This document shows, in pieces, positions 36,060 through 49,400 of a stretch of 64,000 nucleotides of DNA (position 1 is its first letter; every line of letters begins with the position of its first letter). Position numbers and translations under genes: made by a program. The notes beneath the pieces were generated by a model. It worked only from the letters and a program-made list of their open reading frames with translations. It ran no database searches and was not told where the DNA came from. The DNA comes from Camelus dromedarius. Taxonomy: Eukaryota. The stretch covers positions 29,824,001-29,888,000 of the forward strand of contig NC_087437.1 in assembly GCF_036321535.1 (NCBI RefSeq), in the 5' to 3' direction.

Positions 36060-36560
36060 TGCGGAGGGTTTTTTATTGTTTCCTGAAGGCTGGATGGACA
36101 CAGTGAGCAATTAAGTTGGGAACCGACATGGTGCCCTGGGAGATGACAGAAGTGGTATTTGCATTTTTGGGGTGAAGATTGTGAAATGTTTGGGGCCATT
36201 GCAGTAACACAGCCAGAGAAGATGGGAATCTGATAGGAGTCCTAAGATGAAGGACTTGAGGGGTATTTAGAACATATAATCCTAAGAACTTGGTGAGAGA
36301 GAGAGGGAGGAGTTTTGTTTGCCTCCCAGGTTTCTGCCTGGTTGACCGTGGATGGTGGTTGTGTCAGCCAGGGTGTAAGACAAGCAGGCTGGGCTTAGTG
36401 AGAAAGATGAGGAATTCAATTTGGGGCAAGTTGAAATAACTGTGATATGTGTAAGGGGAAGGTTTCTAGTTGAAAGGAGAAAAACAAAGTAGAATGCCAG
36501 AAAAATCTTGATTTGACATTGATTTGTGTCATATAGGTTCTCGACGCCGTGGGTTTGAAT
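36060..36560 (-). mobile_element. L2 LINE fragment
   Basis: gcctcccaggtttctgcctggttgaccgtggatggtgg...gatgaggaattcaatttggggcaagttgaa. Confidence 0.6.
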
Positions 36561-36580
36561 GAGATACTGGAGCTTGTAGC

Positions 36581-36789
36581 TGTGATTTTCAAGTGGCGAT
36601 GCTGGTGATTGTGTTTGCCTCCTGGGGCACTGGAAGTGTGTTTTTGGTTGCCCCCGTCACCTGGGGACTGTACTGGCATTGGTAGGTGGGGGCCAGAGGT
36701 GTCAGACATCTACAATTGGTAGGACTGCCCCAGATAAGCATGAATTGTTCCGCCTGAGTGCTAGTTGTGCCCTCCTGGAGATGCATGGA
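36581..36789 (+). mobile_element. hAT-Charlie MER20-like element
   Basis: tttttggttgccc...ctggggactgtactggcattggtaggtgggggccagaggtgtcagacatctacaa. Confidence 0.55.
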
Positions 36790-39689
36790 TAGAATAAAAA
36801 GAAAAGCAAAACCAAGGTCAGAATTTTGGCACAGAAACATTGAAGGAGCCTGGGAGTTGGGATAACTTTGAAGCCAACAGGAGAACTGCATAGACCCTTT
36901 CTCAAGCCCTGGGCTGCGGAGGGTTTGCCCCCTTCTTTAAAGATGGTATCTTTCCGGTCACCTTCTCAGTTGGTGCCAGGGGCCAGGCAACTGTTTGCTT
37001 TGTAATCCTCCTTACAGGCATATGTGGAGAGGCAGCTGGAACCCTGCTGGTCTTGTATTTGTCCCCTCCTACAAAGAGTGCTGCTCTTTTCTTTTTCTTG
37101 AGATGATTAGAGATAAATCCTGTAAGTACAGGCAGTACCAGTCTGCCTTTGGTCAGTAAGGGCAGAGCTTTGACCTCTCAGCTCTGGACCTACTTCCTTT
37201 TGCCTTTAATTGCGTTAATTTCCCTCTGACTCAGATGCATGAAATCTCCCTGGATTCATGGTCTCCCTGTCTTTTAAGGTCCAAAGATGTCCTAAAAACC
37301 TAATCACCCATGAAAAAAGGGAGTATTTCTTTTGTTTAGAAATGAATAGGCTTCATTCATAAGCAAACCCCACACATAGTATATCTTTGCATATTTGTAT
37401 GTATGCTCTGATTATTCTTTTTTCTGTTCTGCCTCCACATGTCTGTGTTCATTTGGAATAATTTATAGACAATTGCCATATTAATAGAAGACCTACAAGT
37501 AAGATTAATTTGCATTAATTTGCAACAGAATATGATCTCAATTCCACTTGTTTTTAAATTTAAGATACACTGATGGCGAAAGACTGATAACAGGAAAGGA
37601 AATTGCTTTTTGTATAAGACCGAATATTAACCCTACTTCTGTGTTTAGAAACACCAAGGTCTAAGTGAGGTGTTTTGTGTTAAAAAGTTTTCGACAAAAT
37701 GAAAACTAGATGATCCTCTGTTTTGATGTTTTATAAAACGATATGTTTTTACTCTTAATTCTGAGTTTTCATTCTAAATATCTAGATTACATTAACAATA
37801 TTTCATTTGCATTTTTTTCAATAATAGAGTATACTGTTTGTATAAAAATATGCTGCTAAAAGAACTTTGCAAGATGCTTGTTTTTCTTTTTCCCATTACG
37901 AAGTTAAAACATCGGTATTTCTTTGGTAAGTAATTTAAAGCTAAAACTATGCTGTCTTCAATTTCTGCAGAGGAAAATAAAAATATCTATCAATGTGCTT
38001 TTGTATCCTGAGGAACTGAATTTGTTCCCAACATATAATGAGCAGCTAATACCAAATTCTCCAGTTTCTGCTTTGTGTGGAAGAGTAAATTACAGTAATA
38101 GTAAACAGACAAAATGGGACTTACCCAGAATTTGCTTCTTCAGAAGATTCCTTTCCCAAATTTTAATCAGATTATATTAAAATAGAAATATCATGGAACA
38201 CTGGATACCATTTGAATATTATTTTATAAAATAACTTCATATTGCCAAAAAAATGACATTTTATTCAAATAAGGGCATAGTGTATCTGCATTGTAAAATG
38301 TTTTCTCTCTTTGGTAATTAAATTTTTTAACTTTAATTCATTGACAGTAAACTTTCAAAAGTTTGGTAGTATACATATTAGCATTTCATCTTTCCTGACT
38401 AAATCTTAAAGCTAAATTTTAAAAGAAAAACACTGAATTTAACCAGGCTACAGAGTATGGAACGCCTTATGTTGTAGAACCTGTTTAATTTTTGCCCTAA
38501 AGTAATGGCTTTTGCCATTGTTTTACATTAGCAAATGTTCTTTGCTTACATAGTATCCAGTATAAGTTTACCAAGTTTATTTGGTACCAAGTTTATTTGG
38601 TAACTAAAGCAGTTGCCCTGTTTCACTTAATGTAACAAAGAAACTTTATTCTTTTTAAAACCAAATTTCTTCAACTGACGTTTGAAAGACAATGACATTG
38701 AGAAGCTACTTTTATGACGTTCTTCCACTTCTCTGTTCTGAGATGACTAAACAAAGAAGTTCGTTTGAAATTCACCTAAAAACCTCCACGTTGTTCAGTT
38801 TTTATCTGTAACCTGTGTCTGAAGTAAGAATGAAAGAAATAACTAGTTATTTAAGTATCATTTCAAGTAGAGACATAAAGAAAAGACTACGCATGCTTTA
38901 AGAACAGATGCAGCCCTTTTAGTTAAGACTGAGGGAGAGCAGTGGGGGATCTGAAGTCTTTGTAAAGTCAGTGGAAGACAGATGACTGATTAGACACACA
39001 CCCTTAACATTCACTCCCTTCTGAAATCCCATTAAAAATGATGGGATAGCCAATGCACAAAGGCACAAACATTTTTTAAAAATTAAACAAAAACAAAAGA
39101 GACAACAGCAACAATATTTTGAGACCTGAAAGATGTATGGACTGTCAGTAAATACTTCAGTCCATTGAGAAAGTTTAACTGTATGCTGGCTGTGAGGAAA
39201 GCCAATAAAGAACCAGATTTAAACCCTAGAATCTCTGGAAGGTGCAGGAATTGATGAAGTCGGGCTTTCATAGGAGTTTTGTTTGAGAAGTGTTCAGAGC
39301 CTAGACCTCCTTTTCAGCTCCACACAGGTGAATGATACCCCATTTCACCCCAGGAGCAGAGCAGAACAGATGACGTTGTATAATAACAGTATACAGCCCC
39401 AAGTGAGGGCGGGACTGTGGTACAGGAAACAAGGCTAGAGGGACAGTTGCCACCTGAAGCCTCTGGCTCCCTCTCCTTTTGGAGCACTGGTAACCAGGTG
39501 CATGGGTAACCTTCACCCTGTTTTTGTCCAATGGTGATTGACATTAGTTTGAGTTAAATAACATTTTATGATTTTCATCAATGGTATTTGTATTCAAATA
39601 CATTATTATTATCAATATTAAGTTTTGTAGGAGTACAGCACAAACATGTAATGCTTCAAACTTTAAAAAAATGTATCCATTTCAGTAAT

Positions 39690-39845
39690 ATGTTAGGCAA
39701 GTACTTATTACCTCTAAATCTTCAGTTTCTCCCTCTGTTTAATGGGGATGATAGTATTATTTAACTCCCAAAGGGCTGATATAGAATTAAATGAGATAAT
39801 ACATGTAAATTAATTAGCACCACACTTGGTAAGCTCTCAAATAGC
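39690..39845 (+). mobile_element. MIR SINE
   Basis: ttaggcaagtacttattacctctaaatcttcagtttctccctctgtttaatggggatgatagta...aattaaatgagataatacatgtaaa. Confidence 0.78.
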
Positions 39846-39946
39846 AATGATTTTTTTTTATTGTTACTTTCATCTAAGTCAGATATTCTGAAATATCGCT
39901 GGATTTTGTAGTTATTGACTTCTGTATGTATATATATATCCTCTTT

Positions 39947-40237
39947 TTTTTATTGATGTATAGTTGATTTACAGTGTTGTGTTAATTTCTGGTGTACAGC
40001 ATAGTGATTAGTTTTATTCCTTTCACATTCTTTTTCATTAGAGGCTATTACGAGTTCCCTGAATTGAATATAGTTCCCTGTGCTGTACAGTAGGACCTTG
40101 TTGTTTATCTGTATTATATATAGTAGTTAGTATCTGCAAATCTTGAATTCCCAATTTATACCTTCCCACCCCCGTTCCCCCCCCCCCCCCCGGTAACCCA
40201 TGATTTTATTTTCTGTCTGTGAGTCTGTCTCTGTTTC
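39947..40237 (-). mobile_element. 5'-truncated L1 3' end (artiodactyl type) with TSD
   Basis: ttttattgatgtatagttgatttacagtgttgtgttaatttctggtgtacagc...gttccctgtgctgtacagtaggaccttgttg...; 13-bp TSD with 1 mismatch at 39934-39946 and 40238-40250. Confidence 0.88.
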
Positions 40238-41129
40238 ATATGTCCTCTTTATGTGAGCCTCTGCCGGCATTGGTCTAGGACTAGGTTAAAGATCAGGTTT
40301 TGTTTTATATAGACTCTCGCACAACGGTTTGCATGAGTTTGTATTTAAAGATAATTGTGGCAAGTTTTACAAAATTGTAGTGATCATCTTTATTTTGACA
40401 TTGAGTGAAGTCAAAATCAATGGATTCTTCCCTAATCATAAAGCATTTTAGTCGGGACTTAGGACTCAAACCTGAGCTGTTTGCTTCCTCCCAGCCTAGT
40501 ATTTGCTTGTGAGTGGTAACTGCTTGGGACCAGGGCTTCAGAGCAGGTCCTGACATGCTCCATCTGCCAATTAGGTCGTTTTCCTGGTTTTTGTTTTTGT
40601 TTTTTTTTTTGCAGACATTTGGTCTATTACGTGCTTTTTTGCCTTCTTACATTGCTTTTGCAAGCTCCATTCTGAGTTGCCACATGGAAATTTTTTAAGT
40701 TGAATAATAGTCCTGGTTGGGACAGACGCAAGTGTTACCAAGCTTAGTCATTAGCTGTTACCATTCTTAAACTAGGGTAGAACTTTGTGAGAAAAGAAAC
40801 GACGACTGGGGTTTAGTTGCAGTGTTTCATTTGCACTGCATTTACAGCTGTGGATTTTGAACCATTACATGGCTTTTTGACTCTGCCAGTTATAAGTTAA
40901 ACAAATGCAGGACCACACAGTTTTTCTGGCTGATGGAAAAGATTATAATGTAAACTTTGTAATTTAGCCAAGTTAAATCTAGCGCTTGATTTAAGCCCAA
41001 GGAAGATGGCTGATGAATTAAGTTTCAAAAGCAAGCTTTTTAAAGCTTTCTGATTGTTTGTTTATTGTGGTATATTGCCTCTAATCGCTATGCATTAATC
41101 TTTCACACTGGGCATCAATTTTTTGTTTT

Positions 41130-41300
41130 TTCAACACTTTTCTTATCTCATGATTTCATCCTTTACAGTATCCTGTAATGTTGTAATGTACCATCATTTC
41201 CTTTTTGCAGGTGAAGAGACTGAGATCCCAATTAATTATGTGAATTTAAGATCATTCACTTAAAGGGAATTGAAACTAGTGAGGTGAGGTTTTTGATTCT
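41130..41300 (-). mobile_element. MIR SINE fragment
   Basis: atctcatgatttcatcctttacagtatcctgta...tttttgcaggtgaagagactgagatccc. Confidence 0.6.
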
Positions 41301-44103
41301 TCAGAATGCATTCCCCCAGACCACTTTTTCCAAAATACACATATTTTAAGTGCAGTTAAGTTTTCAGTCTAAAGAACTAAATTTCCATTTAGGCTTCTGC
41401 TAAGGATTGCTTACCTGGGAAAGTATTAGGATTTGCTCTTTTTGGTGTCCATCCCCCGTGGAGCTAGTCATAGAGAGTGATTAGACTTTTATCTAATATT
41501 TGGATGCTTTTGACCCCTTAGAATGTGGAGACCTTAAAGCAAAGAATAGCTTGTTTTCTACACGACTCCTTGGCACATCATAGGCATCATTGTCTTGTTG
41601 TTTCCCCTCGGACATGAGTCCCTAACTGAGGGATGTTTCCCAGTAGCTTTATCGTAAGCAGTCTCTGAATGTGTCTCCATGGTTGAAGTATTGCAATATT
41701 CTCTAGAAATAAGCCAAGTGATTATAAAAGTGCCCTATAGTTCCTATGTCATCAGACGTCCTCACATGCAACAGTACGATGAAATTAAGAAAGATACCCA
41801 AGTTGCGTATAGTAAACTCAAACTACTTTGACAGTGATTTAAGGAAGAGAAAAAATTCAGAAATCTGACTGAATTCTGATTATGATCTGCTTCTTTGAAA
41901 AACCTCATGTTTCTAAAATAAACTTTCGTAGAAAATGAGTTTGCAAGTCTTTCTTAGGACTTAAAAAGTGAAAGAAGTCTTTATCCCTTAGTTGGTAATG
42001 TAAATACTGAGAAACCTCACAGCAAAAAAATGTTTTAATTTTTTTAAATGTAAACTTTGTGTAAAAGCTGTGAAAATATGATTTTATTAAAAAATTCTGA
42101 AATCACTTTCTGTTATGCTAAGAAGACAGGCGAATACTGTTTTAAATATTAATTCAGTATGTTATTACCATACTCTGAGTCTAACTTTTTTTAAAGATGT
42201 GGATTAAATCGTACAAGCCTTGTGATTTTAGATTTTACAAGTATATTTATAGAAAAATATCTTGAGGAAAATGTGTGTCACGAATGGTATTTGTTAAAGA
42301 ATTTAACCGATACTCTATCTATACAGTGTTTTCTTTGGATTTCAAATAGGTTTCAGGAAATGATTTGAACATGGAAAAAAATTTGGTGGAAAGGTTCCAT
42401 AGAAATGTCAAGATTGGCTAAGATTGACCTTGTCACTTGTGGGGGATTTAAACAAAAGTCCCTTTGTAGCAAGAAAACTGTTTCTGTATCAGGAGTTCAT
42501 TGGAATTTCTTTTCTAGCAGAGAAGTGATACGAACAACCAGAACAGGGCACAATAGCCGTGTTTGTGTTTATCTGCTTAAGTCGTCCTGCCTGTAACTCC
42601 TACTTCTCTTCCATGGTGTGTGTATTTGATGCACGACACAGTTAGATACGTATTTAGGTGTGCGTTTGTGTACGCATGTAGAGATCTTTGAAAAATCTAC
42701 CAGGAAAAAGATGTTTTCCAGGACATTGTTGATAGCCATTCTCACAAGTTGAAATTTTACTTGAATCTATTCTGTTGAAAAGATATCGGAAATCATTAAA
42801 CCATGAAGTCATGTTCTTGGGGGTCACTAAGTTGCATTAAGTTAAAAATCTTTAGGAGAAAGGTTTTTCCAAAACTTACGTGATAGATTTTGCTACCTTA
42901 TTTTTAAATTTTGGAGCATCTGATAGTCATTTGAAAATTCCTATTTTGCGGATTTTAAAACATGTAAAATACGGGCTAAGCGCTTGATTTACCTCGTTTG
43001 TAACCGTCCTTGGGGATCTCTGTACTGCAGTGCCTTCTCATTTGAAACTTTGCTTATCCCTTTATCCCTTTTTCTTTTTTAGCCTTCCTGGCCAATGTCC
43101 AATTTGCTTCCCCAAAGCAGCTTTTGTGATCAGAATTTAATTTTATTAATTTAGAATATCAGAATATCATTTTACCAATTTATGAGTAGAGATCAGAATA
43201 TCACTTTATTAATATTTCTGAGGTACACTAAATGATCTTCTGCTTTTGCTCATGAAGTATCCTTTCTGACTTAGAGAGGGAGGAGAGGGTATAGTTCCTT
43301 AGTTTCAGAACACTCTTCCTCTGCCTACTGTTGAATGAAATGTGTTCTTCTGGACTCTGAAGATCCCTCTATTTAGAAACTTAGATTTCAAACTGGAGAA
43401 ACTTTGGCTTGCCTTTGCCTGTTTTATTGCAGAATTTCTTGGCATGAACGTATCCACAACTTCGAAGACTAGTTTTTATTGATCATATTTCTCTTCCCTG
43501 AGACTAGAGCAAGGAATCCTCCTAATCTCATCCTTACGCAGATCACTTTATCCCTCTGCATGTCAGCTGCTAAGTGACTTTTCCATCAGCATGGAGCTAC
43601 TGGTGATCAGAGTAACTGAAGAATCTGAAAACCGGGCCCTGAGGTCCTGCCTGCTGTGAGTCTGTTATCACCCGCTCACACTGGAGAATTACTTATTCCG
43701 ACCAGTGCCTTTTCTAGACAGTGGATCCTCTCTACACCATTATGAATTCAGGCAGGTTGGTCTCACAGAGGGTGGGCTTTGCAAACACCACTTTAGGCTC
43801 AGAAGTCTGACTTACATTAGGGCCTGGATATGGTAAAAGCCTTTTGGGGATGGGATGAAAAAATGTGGCTGTACACATTGCCAGTCTTTTTTTTTTTTAA
43901 TGTGGGAAGGATTGGCTGGAGGAAGTAAAGATGTGAATACCCTTCTAATAGGAGGGTAATATATGAAAACAGTTTTCTGAGAATGAACATCCAAGCTATG
44001 AAAAACAGATGGGGCGAAGGGCTCTGTATGTGAAGCTGCCTTCTCCTTCCACTGGGAAGCATTGAGGGAAACGTGGCGTAACATTTCGGTAATCTCCGTG
44101 GAC

Positions 44104-44365
44104 TTTTTTTTTTTTAATTGAAATATAGTCAGTTACAATGTGTCAGTTTCTGGTGTACAGCGTAATGTCTCAGTCATACATGTGTATATATATATTCACT
44201 TTCATATTCTTTTTCATTAAAGGTTATTACAGGATATTAAATGTAGTTCCCTGTGCTGTACAGTAGAAATTTGTTTTCTATCTATTGTTTCATATGGTAG
44301 TTAATAGCAGGTCTCAAATTTCCAAATTTATCCCTTCTCACCTTCTTTCCCCTGGTAACCATAAG
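44104..44365 (-). mobile_element. 5'-truncated L1 3' end (artiodactyl type)
   Basis: Poly-T, aattgaaatatagtcagttacaatgtgtcagtttctggtgtacagc...gttccctgtgctgtacagtag...ctggtaaccataag. Confidence 0.87.
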
Positions 44366-45241
44366 ATTTCTTTTAACAAGCCTGGGATTGAGTGGTAGGC
44401 AAAGTTTAACCAAGTGAAAGTTTGACTTGTCTGGAACTGCTTTTGGTCCATTTGAAATGCCTGCTGTTCCCGTATGAGCTCTGTAGCTCCTTGTTGAGGG
44501 CTGGCTCTGTGGAGGAGGCGGCCCTGCTTTTATCCAAGTTAGATAGTGGGTGAGACGTCCTGCCTACCAGCACCCAAAATAATACAGATACATAGTGAAA
44601 AATTCAAATTCTGCCGAAGGGTATGCAGTGAGAACTCCCCCAGTACAGCTGGTTTGTGGTGTAGCTTCCAGAGATGTTCTCGTACACACTGTTATGCACC
44701 CAGTACCGATTTGCTTTTCTTTCAGTCTGACAAATAGCCAGCCTTAAATGAAGAATAACAGTGGATATCCCTTTTTTCTCTTCCTCTGCTCCCCTGATAA
44801 GCCAGGGCTGCTTCTATCTAGTTACTTCTGTTCCAGAACTTTGAATAAATGGTTCCACATGAGTTGTGGAATTTATTTTCTTGGGGAAATAGTCATTGTC
44901 CTGAATGTGAGATTTTTTTTGAGCATTGCGTCTTTATTCTTTAGCAAAATATTTTAGGGTGTGTTTTTTAGCATAATTTATACAGGACCTGCTGGGTACC
45001 AGGCAGTATGCTAGGCACTGGAAATATGGCAATGAAGATGGCAGGCAGGATGCTTGTCCTGGCAATCTGGTGGGATAAACGCACATGGAACAGGTGCCTG
45101 AGAACAGAGTACCCATCAAAGCAGGACCTTGTAATGGTCTAGGGAACTGGGGAAGTGTCTTCTCTCTAACTCTTAATTACTCTTCTTTCCTTACGCTCGC
45201 TTATCAGCTTAATCTCGTAAGATTAATGATCTTTAATAGAC

Positions 45242-45460
45242 TTTTATTTTAATTTAGATTCAATTGACATGTAACATTGTGTAGTTTCAGGAGAAAACAT
45301 AATGATTCTATATTTGTATTATACTGTTGCAAAATGATCACCACAATAAGTGATATGGTGGTAAATTTTTTTCTTGAGATGAAAACGTTTAAGATCTACA
45401 CTTTATCAACTTTCAAATGTACTATAAAGTATTATTAACTATAGTCCCCTTGCTGTAATT
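45242..45460 (-). mobile_element. L1MA-like 3' end
   Basis: aattgacatgtaacattgtgtagtttcagg...aaatgatcaccacaataagt...taagatctac...tattattaactatagtc; ttaataga on both flanks. Confidence 0.78.
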
Positions 45461-46897
45461 TATTAATAGATTTTTTAGTTCAAATATAATTCAAGTTAGT
45501 TTCTATGTGTAGAAATCCCACACTAGTCATTTGTTGTTAATTATTTTGTATTTGCAAGTAACTTCATTAAATGAGCAATGGGATGTACGAAATGGAGCTT
45601 AATAAACTAACATATCTGCAATATAATCAAATTGGTCATTAAACTACAATATGAAGATTTTTATTTAAAGAATAACAGAGCCTAGGTTATGTCTTGGTTA
45701 AAATACTAAATGTATTTCTAGTTTGAGTGCATAATTCTTCGATTTCTGGGGAATTTTGACACCTTTAGTTTATTTTTAAGGAAAAGTTGTCCGATTTATG
45801 CTTTAAGTTACTAGAATCTCCTTTTACATCATATTCTTAGGTAACATTTGGTTTTGTTAAAATTTCTTATGATTTCAGACATATTTTTAAAACTTCAGGT
45901 AATTTATTTGAAATAGGACATAGAAATTGTAAAACCTGCCAATCGTGTTAGACTGGCTAAGAGATAGCTGACTTGCTGTTAATTTATTTCTCATAGTAAA
46001 TGCTGTGGTGCAGCTGAGCTTGGGTTACTCTGTTCCTTTGTTTTGTGACTAATAAATGATTTCCATGGAATTTAAGGATTGAGAGGGAACTTAGAGGCCA
46101 TCTGTGCCGTTCTGGAATTTACACCACCCAAGGCCTCACAGCTAAGTAGAATCAGAGCTAAGGCTAGAATCTAAGACTTCTTGGTTCATTGTTTTACAGA
46201 AAAGGATATTTCATTGTGTTTTTAACAAGTTCTATATTTACATGGCTTAAGAGTGCGACCATATCAAATGGTATATACTTGGATTCTGAGACGCCTGCTC
46301 TCCCCTCCCCTTCCTCATTGACCCTGTTACCCCTTACCTCCTGTTGATGTTAGATGTCTTGGTTCTGCTTCCAGCATTTCTTCATGCACATTCGGGCAAA
46401 TACAAATTGGTTCTTATTGTCCCTTTTTCCTTAAAAAGTAGCATGCTGGTGATGTACACTCTTCTGCATCCTTTTTTTTTTCTTCTCATTAAAGCTGAAA
46501 TGAAAGCTTTTGAGAAGAGTGTGTGTCTTCAGAGCCCACTTCATTTGCTACAGTTAGGTCAGGAGCGGGGGGTTCTATTTTGCCTGACTCCATAGCATAT
46601 GACAGATACAGGGATTTAGCTCTGTAAAGACTGTAGAGAAAAATTATGAGAAGTGGAAAAATAAAACTCAAGATAGAAAGCTACTGAAATTGCTGTCATT
46701 TGACGTGAAGAAGGGAAGGTTTGGGGCATTATCAGTTTGTAGGTGAAATAAAGAAGGCTCAGAGGGAGGTACAGTAAGCTGCCCACAGCCACCCTACCAG
46801 TGGGTGTCTGACTGGGGACTTGCACTCAGATGTTCCTGAAGTCTCTGTGCTGCTTCTGCTGCACAAGCTTGATACCTTTGTGAGTGAGTGACACATA

Positions 46898-47436
46898 TAG
46901 TTGATATGCATTATTTGTGGTTTCCGTGTTTGGGACTTTGCCTCCCACTGAAATTTACTTGTAACCCCAAATCAATACTTCCTGTGCTTTTGTAGTCATT
47001 CACACATGTGGTCTATTTAATGCAACATTTTTTGCATTTTTGTGGGGTTTTTTTTTGCCAGTGATTTTGCCGTTTAAAATGGCCTCCAAGTGTATTGCTG
47101 AAGTGATGTCTAGGGTTCCCAAGTGCAAGAAGTCTGTGCTGAGCCCTGTGGAGAAAATGTGTGTGTTAGATAAGCTTTGTTCAGCCGTGCGTTGTAGTGT
47201 TGTTGGCATGAGTTCAGTGCTAAGGAATCAATAACAATATTAAATAAAATGCCTTTAAACAGAAACACATATAAAGCAAGGTTCTGTATTGATCAGTTGT
47301 TGAAAATGCTGTGACCAGAGGCTTGCAGAAACCTAACTCGATATTTCCACTTAGGAGTAATGGCTGAATATTTGCTAATTCAGTGTTTACAGTAACTTTA
47401 TAGGACACAGCTACCTCAAATAATGAAAACGGGCTA
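46898..47436 (+). mobile_element. TcMar-Tigger element (MER82-like)
   Basis: tagttgatatgcattatttgtgg...aaatttacttgtaaccccaaatcaatact...aaatggcctccaagtgta...gaccagaggcttgcagaaacctaac...ctacctcaaataatgaaa (inverted ends). Confidence 0.75.
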
Positions 47437-47674
47437 CAGAGACAAAACTTAAGCGGCCAGCTCCTTGCTAGCTCGAGTTGAGTTTATTTCTTCTCATTCT
47501 ATCCAAAGGTATAGCAGGAATAATTTCAGTGAGATGTGAGAGAGAGGAAAGAAAAGTCCCAGTAATGACATAACTCAGGACTGTGAAAAACTACAGTTAA
47601 GTTTTCATTGTTTATTCTAAAACTTTGTAAAGATTGAGACTTTGAGAGTGTTGCTAAGCATGGTGTTACTGATC

Positions 47675-47900
47675 ATATTTGCATGGTGAGTGACAGTGTC
47701 TGCCTGGGTTCCAGTCTCTGCTCTGCACCTGCCCTGTGTGCCCTCGGGCAAGCTTCCTAACATCGTTGTCTCTCAGTACACACGTGTGCAAAATGGAGAT
47801 GGCTGGCAGCGGGGTACCTACTTCTTTGGGTTGTTGTGGAAGTTAAATTAGTCAATACATGAAAAACAGTTAGGATAGTTCCTAGTATACGGTAAGTGCT
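47675..47900 (+). mobile_element. MIR SINE
   Basis: tgcctgggttccagtctctgctctgcacc...cgggcaagcttcctaac...gggttgttgtggaagttaaat...gtaagtgctc. Confidence 0.75.
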
Positions 47901-47904
47901 CTGT

Positions 47905-48027
47905 TAGGATAATTGCACATCCTTATTTGCCCAGGATAATTTCAGTTGTTTGGGTGTAATTATTAATTGCTCCTTTTCACACTCAAGAGGTGTCCCAATT
48001 TGAAGGATAAATTATGTGGTGCTGCTA
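47905..48027 (+). mobile_element. hAT-Blackjack MER94-like element
   Basis: gtaattattaattgctccttttcacactcaagaggtgtcccaatttgaaggataaattatgtgg. Confidence 0.5.
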
Positions 48028-48649
48028 GTCAGCTGTGAAGATGACTCAGATACCAGCTCATACCTAATCAGCGGCTACTTCTGTAAATACACTTTGGGAT
48101 GATGAATTTCTTTTTCCTCTTTAAGAACTAAGTTGAAAAACTCACTCCTCTTAGTTTTGGGCAGCTGCTTGGAGAAGAGGAAGAGCAGAGAAGGGTGTTC
48201 AGATGTGGCATGAAATTGTGTGACTCTTAACTCATTCTGTGTCCTGCTCTGTGAAAGTGTGGCCTGGAGTCTGGTTCTGGCACTAGAGCAGAGAGATCAT
48301 GTCTTTCCCACTGGTCAGCTTTTTCTCCAGGAGCCAGGGAAGACTTGGGGGAAACACTACTAGTCCAGGGATCTAAGAGATCACAATTTTGTTAAGAATA
48401 ACAAACGTACATTTTAACCTTGTGGGAAGAGTTGGGGTGCCTGTGGACTCCATTTGATGTAAGCAAGTTTATACTGGTGACTGGGCGACTGGGACCCTCC
48501 TTTCTTCTGGAGATCTTTTGGGAGAAGCATCATGCACTTTTCTAGCTGGGATGCTATAAATACACTGACAGGGGAAAACAAATTGAGTGATAAGCCTTTA
48601 GATGTCGCTTTTCACTTTGTTCATTCACTGATGGCTTGTATTTTTTAAA

Positions 48650-49032
48650 ATATATTTTATTTTTTAGTGCAGTTTTGGGTTACAGCAAAACTGAGTGGAA
48701 AGTGCGGAGATTTCCCATATATATTTTGACCTCCCACAAGGACAGCCTCCCTCATTTTTAACATCCCCGCCAGAGTGGCATATTTGTTTCAATGGATGAA
48801 CCTACACTGACATCATTATCACCCAAAGTCCTTGCTTATGTTAGGGTTCACTCTTGGTGTTGTGCAGTCCATGGGTTTTGACAAGTGTGTAATGACATGT
48901 ACCCACCATTATAGTCTCATACAGAATGGTTTTCACTGCCCTAGAAATCCTCTGTCTACTATCTGTTCATCCTTCCCTCTCCCCAAGCACCCGGCAATCA
49001 CTGATCTTTACTGTCTCTGTAGTTTTGCCTTT
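48650..49032 (-). mobile_element. L1MC-like 3' UTR fragment
   Basis: cagttttgggttacagcaaaactgagtggaaag...gatgaacctacactgacatcattatcacccaaagtcc...ttagggttcactcttggtgttgtgc. Confidence 0.8.
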
Positions 49033-49069
49033 AACTGTAGTGCTGAGTTACTTGTTCACATGCCCTGTT

Positions 49070-49400
49070 CCTTGGGAGATGGCTGTGAGACATCAGGAGG
49101 CACAGCTGAATAGGCAGCTTTATGTACATGTGGATTGGGGCAGTCTGAAGGGTGGAGACGTATTTGTATTTGGGAGTGGTTGGCATATAGACAGAATTTC
49201 AAGCTGTGGTGCTGGCTGAGGTTACCAGAGAAAAAACAGAGATAGAGGAGAGAGCTCCAAGCACCAAGCCCTGGGGCCTTCCAGTTCTAAGACATTGGGA
49301 AGATGGGGGAGGAGCTGGCAGAGGAGACTGAGAAGGAGCAGCCAGTATGGGTAGAAGGAAACCCAGGAGAGTGGGGCACTCTGGAAGCCAAGTGGCATCG
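49070..49400 (-). mobile_element. L2 LINE fragment
   Basis: gtgagacatcaggagg...gaataggcagc...gaggagactgagaaggagcagccagtatgggtagaaggaaacccaggaga...ctggaagccaag. Confidence 0.7.

Noticed and set aside
47000..47408. Cluster of short ORFs with a Tigger/CENP-B-like N-terminal flavour
   Set aside because: Decayed non-autonomous Tigger-type element; no intact transposase.
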